Shown: positions 1 to 14,819, counted from the stretch's first letter. The stretch is DNA of 64,000 nucleotides from Octopus sinensis (GCF_006345805.1 NC_043015.1:26350001-26414000), one strand, 5' to 3'. Numbers and translations are program-made. The notes: generated by a model from the sequence alone, not told the origin.

Positions 1-400
1 TCGTAGTAGGGTACCGGTCCGTTTATTTCTGTTGTCACATTATTTCGCACGCGTAGTTTTTCGTACATTTTTTGTTGTAAGTTTAATGTACGTACCGCTC
101 GATTGTTATTCTTGGGTTGAATAATATCGGTGGCATTTAATTTCTTCGTAGTTCCTTGTACATGGTGTTTGGGGTCGGGGATGATCGTGATGTTCCACGC
201 ATGTTTACATGTGTTGTGTTAGAGGTGGAGGATATCGAGTCAAAATACATCATTTCGTTTCGAAAATAGTAATAAATTTCAATTAGTATTACTTACTCGG
301 ATACAGTCCAATTCTTTGTTAGTAAATCTTTGGCTCCATAGGATGTCCTTGTTTCGATGTTTGTGGATAGATTTCGGAGCTCTGTATTTTCCTTCTTACA

Positions 401-504
401 TCTTAAACGTCCCCCGGTGTTCTCCTCTTACATCTTAAACGTCCCCCGGTGTTCTCTCTTAAACGTCCCCCGGTGTTCTCTCTTAAACGTCCCCCGGTGT
501 TCTC
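401..504. repeat. Tandem repeat, 4 copies of 24-bp unit TCTTAAACGTCCCCCGGTGTTCTC
   Basis: Copies at 401, 433, 457 and 481; an 8-nt spacer (CTCTTACA) only between copies 1 and 2; followed directly by (TAT)n. Confidence 0.9.
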
Positions 505-559
<55 letters not shown>

Positions 560-910
560 TTTGCCTTTGCAGAGCTTCTAATGCTGGGAATGTACTAAGG
601 TGTCAGCTGTTCACTACCAGTGAACTAAGGTATCACCCCTTATGTTTCGAGCACCATCCGGAGTATTCGAGCGGTTCTAAGCAGTGCTGTTTCTGCAAGT
701 GCTCCACCCTTATTGCAGCCCCTATTTGTTCCATGTACTTCTCAAGATTTTTACTCACTGTACCCAGGGCTCCGACAATTACTGGTACTACTGCCACTTT
801 TTTCATCGACGACAACTATATCTATGATCCAGCATAGTTTGCCTTCTTTCTCAATTAACACTATGTCTGGTTTCCTATTTTCTATCTCGTGTTTGCTCCT
901 CCACTTCCAA
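560..910 (-). mobile_element. R4/Dong-clade non-LTR retrotransposon, 3' fragment (restriction-like endonuclease C-terminus), decayed
   Basis: Minus-strand translation with frameshifts: ENRKPDIVLIEKEGKLCWIIDI ... KKVAVVPVIVGALGTVSKNLEKYMEQIG ... LQKTALLRTARILRMVLET*, matching the RLE PD..D motif and R4/Dong C-terminus. The 3' end abuts (TAA)n at 505-559. Confidence 0.8.
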
Positions 911-3109
911 AATATCTATTATTCGCAGCTGTGAAGCAGTGCTTTGGAGACACTACAGATATGAAATATCAGAGATAATGAATAACAAAGGACCGCAGCA
1001 GCAACTGATTGTTTGTCCATCTGAAGATGTGTAAACCTTATTCCACAATGTGAAATAAGTTGTCCTGAAGGACAAAACGCACAGCACAGTCCAAGAATTG
1101 AACATATATTATAATGATGAAGCGTGTACACTAACCACTACAGAACACGCGCAGTAGTTAGATAACAAATAGATATAAGAATGTGGAAATTGCCTTAAAA
1201 TAAGAAGGTAACCATATAAAGTTATTCAAGGTCCCTGATAGGCAACTCTACATTATCCTAACAAACAATGAACGCAAGTGCTTCACCCAGCTCTTGCGGT
1301 CAACCTACGACCAATTCTATAATCTTAACCCATTTTCTATACAAATTTTTCAACTTAACTTTTCAAAGAATTTATTGAAGCACAACGGCGGTGTCATTAC
1401 ATCTATCTATTCAAGCGAACATTGAATATGTTGTTGAGGGCTTGTCCAGGATATGGGAGGGGTGTAGTTATGTCTTTAAACCTTACAAACCTATACATAA
1501 CACAACTCCCTTCACCAAAGAAAAAAGGAGGAATACTAACCACTCTTCTCTACTATTGTAAGGCTATGGTATTTGATTTGTACGGTTGACTCTCCTCATA
1601 GTAGCGGAGTCTTGGAACCAAGTAAGAAATAAACTATGTGTTAGAATTAATCCTAAAATACACTAAAAATTATCCTCCGATCACGAAAAACATGTAAGAC
1701 AAATTATCTTTGTTTTTCGTTTAGATTGCAATATTTTTAAATTGTCTTCTAGAAAAAGACGTGAAAGTATCTGATGATATATCTTACTCCACTGACTATA
1801 ACATCGCTGGGAATACAGGTTCAAACTTTTAATATTGGCGATTTTGAAACGTAAATATTTTTTCTGAATCTATTATTTTCAGGTATTTATTTATTTACAT
1901 ATTTTCAATAGTGTTATATTTTCAATTAAAAGACACAATGTATGATGTCAATTAATTAGTAGTCAGATAATTTTCAAAATATAACATATGTGATGCACAG
2001 AGACACATACACATAGCGATATACATATGTGTATGTATACACACACACACACAGAATAATAATCTTACGTTACTATTACAAAACATATGTCAACATATAA
2101 TGTCAACATATAATTCTGATGGTGACAAGTGATATGTAATAAAAAGTTTCGTATCGAATTTTGTTCATGTAATTACATATGAATATACATACATGCATAC
2201 ATTTATATATGCATGCATACATACATGCATACATACCTTCATACGTAGGCAAAAACACATGAGTCTGTGTGTTCATATATGTGTGTGTTTTGGTTGTGTT
2301 TATGTCAGTCTCTATCTATGAGTGTATGTGCAAAATATGTGTGTGTGCGTGTGTGTGGACGCGAATATTTACATTTACGCCCACACACACATACACGCAC
2401 GTATATTATATTCGTAAAATTAATATATTGAAATATTAATTAATCAAGAACTTTTTTTACTTTCTTATCTTTGTGTCGAGCACCGTCGTATAAAAAACAC
2501 AGACATTAACTAACACCTAATTATGTTGTAGAGAGAATCATAATTTGGCATGCGTGATACCATATGATTAATTATTTCCGCTATCAAATGTTACACACAC
2601 ACACACAGATATATATGTATATTTGTATATATTTAATCAATATAGGGTGGCAAGGAAAATTTTGTAGAATTTTATTGCCACCAGCGGCCCAGCGGGAAAA
2701 AAATTAAATAGTCATAGACCATTTTTAAGTTCAACATTAACAATTGAGGAACGGCCATAATAGGCCATTCACCCACTAGAAATAACAGCCAAAGCTTCTA
2801 CCGCAAATAAAGATTAATTCCGTAAACAGGAGAAAATTAAAAAACATTTACCCTGGCTGTTATTTCTAGTGGGTGAATGGCCTATTATGGCCGTTCCTTA
2901 ATTGTAATTATATTTGTATATATATATGTATATCCACATACACACTTTCATATAATGTATATATATATATAAATGCAAGCATCCATATTTGTAACAGATG
3001 TGTGAATATATATACACACAGACACATACACACACACACAGACACATACACACGCACACACACACACATACAATTTATACATATAATGGAGTGTTTGGTA
3101 ATTCTAGAG

Positions 3110-4665
3110 AGAAAACTCTCCTGTCACATTACGGGTAGATACTTCGGAGGATCATGTTAGATCATCTCGTTAAGAATGTGTGTCCATATGTGACTCCTAA
3201 AGAACAGTGTGGTTTCAGGCCTGAGCGAGGAACATTGGACCTGATATTTTCTGTGAGGCAGATTCAAGTGAAATGCTTAGATGAACAAATGCCACTATAC
3301 CAGGTCATCATTAACAAAGGCATTTGACACGGTAAACAGGGAGGCACTGTGGATTGTTTTGTGCAATTTTGGTTGTCCAACATATTTTGTGAGCATCTTT
3401 AAGGCACTACGTAGAAACATGAAAGGTCAAAGAGTCTTTAATGGTGAGCTATCTCACGAATTTTCGGTGGAAAACAGTGTCAAAACGGGAGATATTCTTG
3501 CCCCTACACTTTTCTCTGTTTTGCTGCAATGCTTTGGTATGCGTTCAAGGATTACAACAGAGGAATTGGAATTAGATTTCGGACATCTAGGGGTATTTTT
3601 AATCTGACCCAGTTTAACTTTCATAGTACTTGTTAGAGAATTACTTTATGCCGATGATACTGATTTGTTGGTACGCTCAGATGGGAACGTGCAACATTTA
3701 AAGGGGAGATTTTCCGCTACACGTGTACATTTCAGATACATAATTAGTCTTGGGAAAAGCAAAGTATTGTTTACTCCCGCGCCAGGACAAACATATTCTG
3801 AACCAAACATTTTTGTGAATGGAGCAAGGTTAGCAGTCATTGACACCATTGTCTACCTTGGGAACACACTGTCAAGAGGTGGTGGTCATGATATTATCGA
3901 ATAGAGAAGGGAAGTGTTGCATCTGGAAAGTTCGAAAAGCGAGTATGGGCGGATAGAGGTATTTCTCAGCGGACAAAAATCAGTATCTATAAAGCATGTA
4001 TATTGACAGCATTTCTTTATTCAAGTGAGACATGGACCCCTTACAAGCGTCATATAAAAATGCTGGAGAGATTTCTTTAAAAGCGCATCAGATGTATCTT
4101 GGTAGTCAAGTGTTATTTTGGCTCAAATGAGATGGACTAGACATGTTAATAGAATGAAAGGTGAGCGATTGCCTAAGCGTCATTTTTATGGTGGGCTCAA
4201 CTCTGGTAAGCGACTACAACATAAGCCGAGGAAAGGGTATAAAGACTGTGTGAAAGAAAACCTAAAGAAACTAGATAATGAACAAAAGTGATTGGGAAAA
4301 TCGATGTTCTAGATCAGAACAAGTGGAGAGGTGCTGTTAAGATTGGTTGCAATGCCTGGGAGGAAAAGCTGATTCAGCACTCTGAGCTTAAAAGGGCCTC
4401 TCGCAAAGGAACAATTGGAATTGTAATCAACAGTGAACATTGGATGTGTATTATATGTGATCGTGTTGTGAAAAGCAGGATACGTGAATCATATGAAGTC
4501 ACATGAAAATCGAAATGCCCAGAAAGGTAATGATCTTGGATACCAACCGCCTCTCACGACTTGTGTCATATGCCAAAAAGATTGTAAGACAATATCTGAA
4601 CTTAAAAAAACATATGCTAGTTCAAAAACATTCATTCAGAAGGGTAAAGATATAGAAGAAACTTA
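3110..4665 (+). mobile_element. RTE-clade (BovB-like) LINE, 5'-truncated and frameshifted RT plus C-terminus
   Basis: EQCGFRPERGTLDLIFSVRQIQVKC; TKAFDTVNREALW; RELLYADD (YADD at 3647-3658); ISLGKSKVLFTPAPG; LYSSETWT; ERLPKRHFYG; C-terminal CxxC..H..H motifs. Confidence 0.9.
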
Positions 4666-4680
4666 AATATAGGATGTCTA

Positions 4681-4822
4681 GTAAGTAGCTTGTTTACCAG
4701 CCACATGGTTCCAGGTTCAGTCCCACTACGTTGTACCTTGGGCAAGTTTCTTTTACTATAGCCTCGGGCCGACTAAACACTTGTGAGTGGATTTGGTAGA
4801 CGGAAACTAAAAGAAGCCCGTC

Positions 4823-4895
<73 letters not shown>

Positions 4896-5087
4896 TTTGT
4901 GTCTTTGTTCATCCCACCAACATCGCTTGAAAACCGATGCTTGTGTGTTTCGTCCCCGTAATTTAGCGCTTCGGCAAAAGACCGATAGCTAACAAAGAAT
5001 AAGGCCAGGAGTCGATTTGTTCGACTAAAGGCGGTGCTCCATCATGGCCGCAGTCAAATGACTGGAACAAGTAAAAGAATAAAAGAA
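4681..5087 (+). mobile_element. tRNA-derived SINE, family 1 (octopus-type) with internal (TA)n(TG)n tract
   Basis: B-box-like GGTTCAGTCCC, body GCCTCGGGCCGAC...GGATTTGGTAGACGGAAACT, tail GGCGGTGCTCCA.CATGGCCGCAGTCAAATGACTG.AACAAGTAAAAGA; homologous to 29159-29554 and 45737-46204. Confidence 0.9.
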
Positions 5088-5224
5088 TCTGTCATTTGTG
5101 TTTTAAACCTTGTCAGCTGGTCTTAAAAGTCATCTAAGGGCTCATCAACAGAGAGATTGTGCTCTGTGATGAGGTGTGGTGTGTGTGTTGATGGGACGGC
5201 TATCATCTGTCAAGATGAAGCAAT

Positions 5225-5259
<35 letters not shown>

Positions 5260-6229
5260 AAACACATAAGAGATGGCCATAATAGGACATCTGACTCACT
5301 AGAAAGAGCAGTTAAACTCCAAACCACTAATAGTTGTAATTCTGAAATGGAAAGAGAAATAAAAACGTTTACCCTATCTTTTCTGGACTATGCATAGTTT
5401 CGGCAATCTTTTGTAAATAAAATAAAATTATTTTAATTTACGATTAGCGTTGCCATCTTCAGCAGAAAGCGAAGGCTAGTATATAGGCACGAGGCGATGA
5501 GGACCTATATATATATTTACATATATATGTGTATGTGCCTGTATACATACATACATACATACATACATACATACATACATACATACATAACACATACATA
5601 GATACATACATACATACATACATACATACATACATACATGCATACATAGATATATACATACCTACATACTCATACAATATATGTCATTGTTGCCAAGCTG
5701 TATCGGCCTTTGCCTTTCTGAAGAGGGAAGGCTTGAGTGACTGCTGGTCTTTCATAAAGAACCTTGTCCTCTTTACCCTAGATGTATGTGTTTGCGCGCG
5801 AGTGCGTGTGTATAAAGAATATCTCTTACAATATGTCTGCCACGTTCTCGTCACCGAATCGAAAAATCTAACATTTACCAGAAAAACAAATCAGTTCATA
5901 GATGTGAGGAGCTTAAAATTCTCCGTTTTGTCATTTAAATCTACCCTTTCGACCAAGTTGATCTTCTATACCATTTTCCTTCTCTACGATTCTCTTATCT
6001 CTGCCTCTTCTTCCACCTCTATCCAAATCGTTTTGAATGCATTTTGCATTCATTATTAATGGGAACTGAGCACGCTTCTCTGAATCCTTAACTTAGAAGT
6101 TCGTCTGAACGAACCAGGCATACGGCAAAATTTATGAGCAACTCTCCTTATTTCTAAACAGGCAGGCAGACAGACAGAGTGATAGATAGACAAGCAGACA
6201 GAGAGGCAACAAGACAGACAGACAAACAG

Positions 6230-6438
<209 letters not shown>

Positions 6439-6957
6439 GTGCGTTTGTGTAAGTGTAAAGCGTGGTGTATTATGACGTAGAAGAATCCTTATTTCAAACT
6501 ATTCAAAGCTTGATATAATTAGTGCATGTTCGATATTTACTTACTGATGTGAAGTAGTAGTAGTAGTAGTAGTAGAAGCGGGAGGAGGAGGAGGACTGCA
6601 TTTTTCTCTCATATTGTAAGCTAAATCATATGAGTTGTGCAAAATCTTGCAAACTATTCTGAATGCATGTACGTATGTGTGTGTGTGTGTGTGTGTGTTA
6701 TATGCATACGGCCACACACGCACATGAAAAGATAGGGAGAATCGTCGATAAATACGCGGGTATATGGTAAAATTAAGGGAGAGATTGAAAGTAAATGTTC
6801 TGTTATAAAGGAAACCACCTGGATGGCTTCCATAACCTGGTAATAGATTGGATTTCTGCCAGTTGCTTAAAACCTTTTGGTGGGATTACAAAGATGGGAG
6901 GAGGTAAAGTCATCCAAGAAGAGACTATGGAAATCACTAACATGATACACGAATCTC

Positions 6958-7035
6958 TGTGTATGTATGTATGTATGTATGTATGTATGTATGTATGCAT
7001 GTATGTATGTATGTATGTATGTATGTATGTATGTA

Positions 7036-7096
<61 letters not shown>

Positions 7097-7115
7097 ATGT
7101 ATGTATGTATGTGTA
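6958..7115. repeat. Compound (TATG)n(TG)n microsatellite
   Basis: Direct reading; source of the spurious MYVC/HTYI ORFs. Confidence 0.95.
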
Positions 7116-10063
7116 TGTATGTATCCACACACATTGTATAAAATTTATAAATAGTAACGGTTTGCAACAATGACGTCCGTGTGTTAATGAAAAGAATGGG
7201 GAGACATAGCTTTTTGTTGCTTTTAATACATGTAAGAGTAATCATGAATTGGCAAAAATCCGTTTATTTGCTAGAGAAAGTGGGATGCGTTGCCTTACGT
7301 TTTCTTGAATGCAATCGTAAAGCTACAAGAACAAATTTCGGAAGCGAAGTAAAATAAATGTGCACCGTACCGAAGACTAACGCTTCTGATCAATCACTGT
7401 TGTGGATTACTTTGACTGACTTTCAGGGCAAAGCCTGTTGATATGTAACAAGACACAGATTTATAAATGGAAGTAGAAGGAAGAGTTTTTGTTTATACTT
7501 TATTTTATTGTAGTCAATTTGAAAAGTTATAATCAGTGAATATGATCCTTGTGTATTACTGGTACCTATTTTATTGGTCCTCACTGAAAGGAAAACCTAA
7601 AACATGGAACCATTTATTCCACCAATCACGTTCAAATCAACCAGAACAGATAAGGTATGAATAGATAGTTGGTTGTTTGGATTTTCGCTATTCTGCCAGA
7701 CATCTGATTCCTATAAACAGTAGTTCGTATTCTTGCGAGACTCATCTATTCGGCTGTGGAGTAGTTTCGACTAAGGAGACACACAACGAGATCGAAACTC
7801 TCTAGTCCACTTCCATCAGGGAAGTGGGATATCATGTATATTATGAACGACTATCAATTAAAGGGAGGAGGCGTTCTCTGGTGACAACAAACAACAGCGT
7901 TGGAATCTGCTAGAATGTAGAGAAATTCATTTTTATATCTAATTTACAGTTTATATTAAGCTTAGTTCGTTTTGTTTATTGCAAATGCTGGTTTTAGATA
8001 AATTTTAGATGGTGGGTTAGATGATGCATAATTCAAAACCTTTTTCCCGTATTTATTTACGTGTCTACAATTTTTGAGTTCGATTTCTGCGTGGTTGCAT
8101 TCTTTTACGATGTGACATAAATTTGGAATATGAAAAGAAGTGACGCCGTGTCTGCATAATGTAGTGTCTAGAATCCAAGGCTACAGCATGCACTGACTAC
8201 TGATCAGCTACCGTGGACCAAGGGTCTAGGGTCACAATGCTACAGCATGCATGTTCTGGTTTGCTGTCGATAAATGAATACAATAGACAGCAGTGTACTG
8301 CTTTGTGCATAACCGTATTTCTCCATGAATATAGCCATGACTGTACTCGCTAATTCTTTACGCAAATAAAGATTTGCATCCTTTCTACTTGAGCCATTTC
8401 TACGCCGATTGTTTGATTGGATTTGTATAGGATGAAATATTTGTTCGTTTAATACGAAGTCCTGAAATATGAAGCAATGTGTCCGAAGTATGAAATAAAC
8501 TGAATATGGCGTCTACATTCGCTTTCCAATGAATTACATGCTTAGATGTGTCCGGTTCCATGGATTGGGAATTTGTTGCCTTTGAAAGACCGCCATTTAT
8601 ATTATTGTGGATTTTATATCTTATGCATTGAGATGTATTTTAATGTTCGTTTTGAGAAGCGCATGTGCGTGTTTAGGTAGGTACTTTTAAGCATTTCACA
8701 TTCGTACGACGCATAACATTTCCATGTTTGTATAGCTTATGGATGGGATAGCTTCATAGATTCGTGTCTATTTACCTATCGATGCAATACAAACACAAAG
8801 ATAAACACACACATATATATGAGTGGTGTGTCCGTATATATCTGAGTGTATCTGTATAAGTATTATATAATTATGCGCTGTTTCTAAAAGTACTTCAACC
8901 TTGTTTTTAGGAGAACATGCTTACATCATAAATTTATTTCCCGTCACGCGCTTTCGTTGGAAATTGACAGCTTTCATCCCAGTGTTTTCATCAGAAATGT
9001 ATTTATTGTTTGATAACAATAAATACTTATATCAACAAACGTAGAAATGCTTCTAACAAAGTGATATTCGTGTCTGTTTTATTATGGTTTCTATATCGAA
9101 TGAGAGGAAAGTAATATATATTTACTGGGATTTAAACTCAGCTCTTGATATCATGTAACTTAATACCTTAAAGGCTTTAGTCTAAGAGGCCGCAAGTTCT
9201 TTCTCGTCCGCTGTTTTCGTAACAGCCAATGTTTCCATATAAAGACACAAAGTGGGGGAAACGACGTCTGGTTATTCACTTGAATGGTATACATTTTATC
9301 GGATCCGAGTAACATGGAGAGAAAACTTGTCAACTGCAGAGAACTGAAGCCAGAAAGTATAAGCGTGGGATAATTTGGGCCAAATTGGGGATGATCATGT
9401 GAAGTGTGTTGTGTAAATAACAGGCTATTATTTTTAACAACGTAACTAGCCTTCTGGAAGCACGCAAAATTGTTTCGATATTGGTTGATACTGCCGAAAT
9501 ATAGCAGTAAAATGACATGTGAAATAATGAAATAAAACAGTCTTTAGTAAAATGATATCGTGGACCAAGGTAATGTAAACTAATATAAGATACATAATTC
9601 CACACACATGAAATACATCCGATATATTTTCAACTTGTCCTCCATTAGGAGTTTTTTAAAGACCAGCTCCAATCCAATCAAATAAGCATTGCTAAATAAA
9701 TTTGAACATTATTGCAGTTTTCTCTGTTTGAGTTATTCTTTTCAGATAATTTGAAACTACTTCCCCCTCTTTGTTTCGACAAACTGTGTGGTTAATCTTA
9801 GTTGATTGCTAGTTTCTCATCCAACTCAATATATTGACATATGTGGGACATTACCATAGCCATAATTAGTATAAACTCCTCTTCCTTTCTCACTTCCTCA
9901 TCATACTTGCTTCTTTCTGTGTATCTCTATCTTTCTCTCCTCTCGCTATACCCACTACATGATACTCACCATTTTCTTCTACGTATATCCCACCATCTAT
10001 TTGTGGATATCTCCATCTTACTTATTAAGACTCTTCGACTCTTTCTGTCCTTTTTCACTCCAC

Positions 10064-10169
<106 letters not shown>

Positions 10170-10829
10170 GCATTTATATATACATATGTGTGTGTGTGTG
10201 TGTGTAAATATATATAAATGTGCGCATTCATATGTCTCCACACATGCGCGCACGCACTCACAACACCGGAAGCGATGGGTGAGCTGTATTGATATTCCTT
10301 TGATAAAGAACAAAAACGAAATAAATGATAATTGCCTTTCTGAGATTTGAATAAATCTTCGTTTTATGCCGAGAACTAAGTGATTTTATAGATACTCTTT
10401 TCCGTAGAGTAGTTTTAAAGTATTTGCAATTACTAACAGTAACAATAAAACCAAAGCACTTTGAACAAATTTTATTAGCTTAAACTGATGCGCAGTTTTT
10501 CAGGTAAGTGACAATGGCATGTAGTTCAGATAACATTTCTGATTACTAAACAGTAGCGCAGGGGATTAGGGTGAGGATGGGGTGTCCTCTGTATACTCAC
10601 ACTAACAAATAAGCTAATGGCTCTATATGGAGGAGAGCCAGTGATTACATTGTCTTAGAAGCTATGCTTGATGAAACGAAAATTACGAGCAATTAATCTC
10701 TAATAAATACGACATTCAAGTTAAGGAGATAAAAATAGATCGACAGATACAGATAGAAACGTAGAGAGATATAGAGACTGATTAGTAGATATTATGTACA
10801 GAGGTAGATAGTTAAAATAGAGAGAGTTC

Positions 10830-10941
<112 letters not shown>

Positions 10942-12061
10942 GTGTGTGTATATATATATATATACAAACACGAAGCATGGATTTCATGATGAAAATAGAA
11001 GACCTTTGATATCAATTACCTTGTGCTTCTTTTTCTTACTATATGTGTGTGTGTGCGTGCGTGCATGTGTGTGTGTGTGCACGCATTCGTGCGTGTTATT
11101 TATTGAGCCGCGAAATTTTCAAAAATTTGTGACACCGTGTTTCTCGTTGCCAAAACATTGATAGTAAAACAGGAGTAATGGTGTGGAAATGTTCCCGCTT
11201 CCAATAAAATATATCAGACTACTTCAAGTACGGAGTACCCTTCCCTCCACCTTCTTGCTCATACGTACGCACCAATATATGTACAAGCATAAGCACCCAT
11301 CTATAGACGCATACACGCATTCACATAAATGCACACACAAACAGGATTATTTCTACTGGGTTTATGGATTGGACATCGACAATTCTTACACAACATCTTT
11401 CTGCTTATACATCTTTATATTTATGTTACCTTCCTATCTTTATATGCACATGTCTATATTTGTGTACAGAGAGTGAGATATACAGACAGAATAGTTATAG
11501 ATTTTAGTATAATTTATATACACATACATGTATGTGTGTGTCTCTCTCTTTCCTTCTTTCGCTCTCTCTCTCCCTATCTGTCTTTCTTTATTACGCCCCT
11601 GTCATTATCCCGTGAGCTGTGAGAAATTAACGCGGTATCAGTCATTCTTTTTGCGTTGCCTTCGGTTGTATTGGACAGAATTTTCTCAGCTCCCGTGTAT
11701 AGTCCTTTAGTATTGTTTTCAATTTCCCTTCGCGTTACCCATTTTTGTCCTGTCCTGCAGCCCTAAGGCTTTACGTTGCATATATATTATTATTATTAAT
11801 TGTTGTCTTCGTGTGGGACCTAAGCCTTTTTTTCTGTTTATTGTTTTGTCCACTGTCCGTCAACAAACGTCTCGTGCGTTTGACCCTCTGGCCAATAAAC
11901 GATGAAGAATTGGTGACATTCTGTGTTTTCTGTCCGTCTGTGTATTTAGTATATGTTTATGTTCGTTTGTTTTACTACACGTTTTGTTAATTATATATAT
12001 TAATATCGTGTGCATCAGAGATTGATTGCTCGTAATTTTCGTTTTATATTTTTTTCTAATT

Positions 12062-12093
<32 letters not shown>

Positions 12094-12182
12094 TTTGTGA
12101 AATTTGATTTAGTATTTCTAAATTGAATTTTCCCCTGTAAGTTTGGAATACTATTCCCTAATATTATTCTTATAAGTAGGTC

Positions 12183-12215
<33 letters not shown>

Positions 12216-12254
12216 ATATATATTATATATATATACATTTGTATGTTTGTGTTA

Positions 12255-12318
12255 TGTTTGTCACCCCACCCGTCGCTTGATAACCGATGTTGGTGGGTTT
12301 ACGTCCCCGTAACTTAAG
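12255..12318 (+). mobile_element. SINE family 1 internal fragment
   Basis: CGCTTGATAACCGATGTTGGTGGGTTTACGTCCCCGTAACTTA matches the SINE body that follows the microsatellite. Confidence 0.7.
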
Positions 12319-13165
12319 TAGACAATATTAACTTAGGTAGACAATATATCTCATTTCCAGTTACTGATATCGATGGCTATTTTAAAAGCTGAACTTTCTG
12401 TGTTCAAAGCTTGCATTTTATAATGCAGTGACTTGATACCCGTATTTTCGAATGAACTAAAACAGTATTGAGTATATTTTCGTATCACATTGATATGTGT
12501 ACAAATGCTGGTGGTAACGCATTTGAAAGTGTTCTAAGTGTGTCTTGAGTAATTCTCCTCATTTTCATACAGGGATTTTATATACCCTTTTATATACTGT
12601 TGAAATATGTACCCGGAGATATTTTGATATTTATAAGCTGTTGGGCTGGGGGATATGCAAGTGTGTGCTTCGCCTTTATGGTATTATCTGGAAGTTTTTA
12701 CTGTCCAGGAATAAGTAAGTAACCTTCTGGTGTTGAGGTGATCTTGTGGTTTTGAGATGTGCACAACATTTCTGCTGTCATATTAAAACTCGGAACCTTC
12801 CTGAAAATTTTGGTAGCACTAAAATGAATCGTTGGGTAAACTAGATTACTTCCTCCCTACTGATGCTGATTGCCATAGAGAAGAAGGAGCAGGAAGGAGA
12901 GATATTCAGAGTTGTCTCTCACATGCGGCAAACCTGATAATGTAAACATTCTTCAAAGATTGATCATAAACTTTCCTAAAAACGGCGGCTGGAAGATTTT
13001 TTACTTTGAATATGGAATTTGGTGGAAATTCTGTGGGGGCAAATACTGCAATCGCTTGAATTTCTATTGTAGCAGTAGCGATTCTTTTTGTTTAAACATA
13101 TTTGGCTTTCATATCCCTCTGTCTATATTCATGTAAAGACATAAATACATACATACATACATACA

Positions 13166-13199
<34 letters not shown>

Positions 13200-13201
13200 C
13201 A

Positions 13202-13311
<110 letters not shown>

Positions 13312-13870
13312 TATATATTTAGATTTATATATTTATATGTGCGCTAAAGGTCAGCTTAAGAAATTCACATGTATAGCCAGCCATGAAGAACAGATTTAGA
13401 TATGCAAACAGATAGAAGACCAATCCCATTGTGGATATCCCCATCTTACTTATTAAGACTCTTCGACTCTTTCTGTCTTTTTTCTCTCCCCTCTCTCTCT
13501 CTCTGCCACCTACTACCATTCATAGCAGTCCGACAAACGCGCCCTGGTGGTACACAGCATAGGTCTATCAGCTGCTACTAAATTCAAACCACGACGATTT
13601 TAAATTAACAGAGTCAACATTCGTATATCGCCGGAGGAAACACTAGATCTCATTATGCAAACAAACCACTGCATAATCAAAAGCCTGTATTCTTGGAGAA
13701 CAACGCTGCGTTGAAAAAATTGCATCGAATAATAAATAACTATCCAAGCGTACACCGTCTTGACTCCGATTTTTCAATTTTATATATATATGTGTGTATA
13801 TATGTATACATATCAATATATATATATATCGATCGGTCGATCTATTTATCTATTCATCTCTCCCTCCCTA

Positions 13871-13914
<44 letters not shown>

Positions 13915-14004
13915 ATATATATATATATCAGTATGTGACCTCGTGAAGACTACCTGCAATTTTTTTCCTCTGTCCTCCCGTCTCGGGATTTTTCTTTCTC
14001 CTAT

Positions 14005-14039
14005 GTTTCCGACGAAGAGCTCCGCTCGAAACGTCATAC
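14005..14039 (+). ncRNA. Degenerate minimal hammerhead-like motif in a probable PLE 3'-end repeat
   Basis: GTTT-CCGACGA-A-GAGC tcc GCTC-GAAA-C-GTC-ATAC; U4 replaced by C, extra A before stem II, weak stem I. Confidence 0.4.
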
Positions 14040-14132
14040 CCTCCTTCTTCCATTTTCCTGAGCGCCTAATAGTAATAATACTGTAATTGTTCCACGTGTT
14101 GTTGTTTTTTTTCTGTTTTCCCGTTTGGATTA

Positions 14133-14174
<42 letters not shown>

Positions 14175-14819
14175 ATATTATATTATATATATATATATAA
14201 TATATATATATATACATATATATGTATGTATGTATGTACGTATTATGTATGTATATGTGTATGTGTATGTATGTCTCTTGGTGAATGTTTGCGTAAGTAT
14301 GTGTATAAATATGCACGCATATTCTTAAAGAAGGGAAAAGAAAACGAATGTGAATGAGAAAGAAGTTAAAATGACTGAGTGAAAATTTAAAAGACAGACA
14401 TGGTGAATTGATACGAACATACATAAATTTTCTTCCAAGATGGCCCTACAAAGCAAAGAATTCCAAGATTTCAAGTCTTCCGACTTGTTCCCCTAATTAT
14501 TTTGGATTAGTAACATCATTAAGTTTGATGTTACGTGTGAATATCTCTACATTTATGAACGCTGGAAAGACAAGGCATAAGCAAAGAGAGGTGTTCCAGG
14601 TTTCTAGTAATCCTGAGATCAGAGGAAAAGAAGTGTTTAATGGGATATTTTAGAGATGAGAAGTAAGAGTCAAAAACTGAAAAGACAGGGGTCATGGAAC
14701 ACAGTATGATGTATTATAAAATTGTTTTATAATTTATGTAGACATGACTGCGTATGGAATCTGTAAAGAAATCAGTTACATACATATATACGCCCATGTG
14801 TGTGTGTGTGTGTGTGTGT

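Noticed and set aside
401-504. 24-bp repeats as a CRISPR array
   Set aside because: No unique spacers, eukaryotic context, no cas genes.
7750-7830. Minus-strand CTGATGG...GACTAG/TTAGTC-GAAA hammerhead-like string
   Set aside because: Extra bases between the core and stem II, no stem I; the core is sequestered in a CCACTTCC/GGAAGTGG hairpin.
10500-10510. CAGGTAAGT splice-donor-like sites (also 25148) as host exons
   Set aside because: No upstream acceptor and open frame that can be supported; the 25-kb site lies in an antisense LINE tail.
11590-11990. Possible solo LTR with AATAAA and TGGTGAC
   Set aside because: No TG..CA termini, TSD or second copy identifiable.
12340-13110. Coding-like minus-strand sequence
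   Set aside because: Multiple stops and no motif I can assign.
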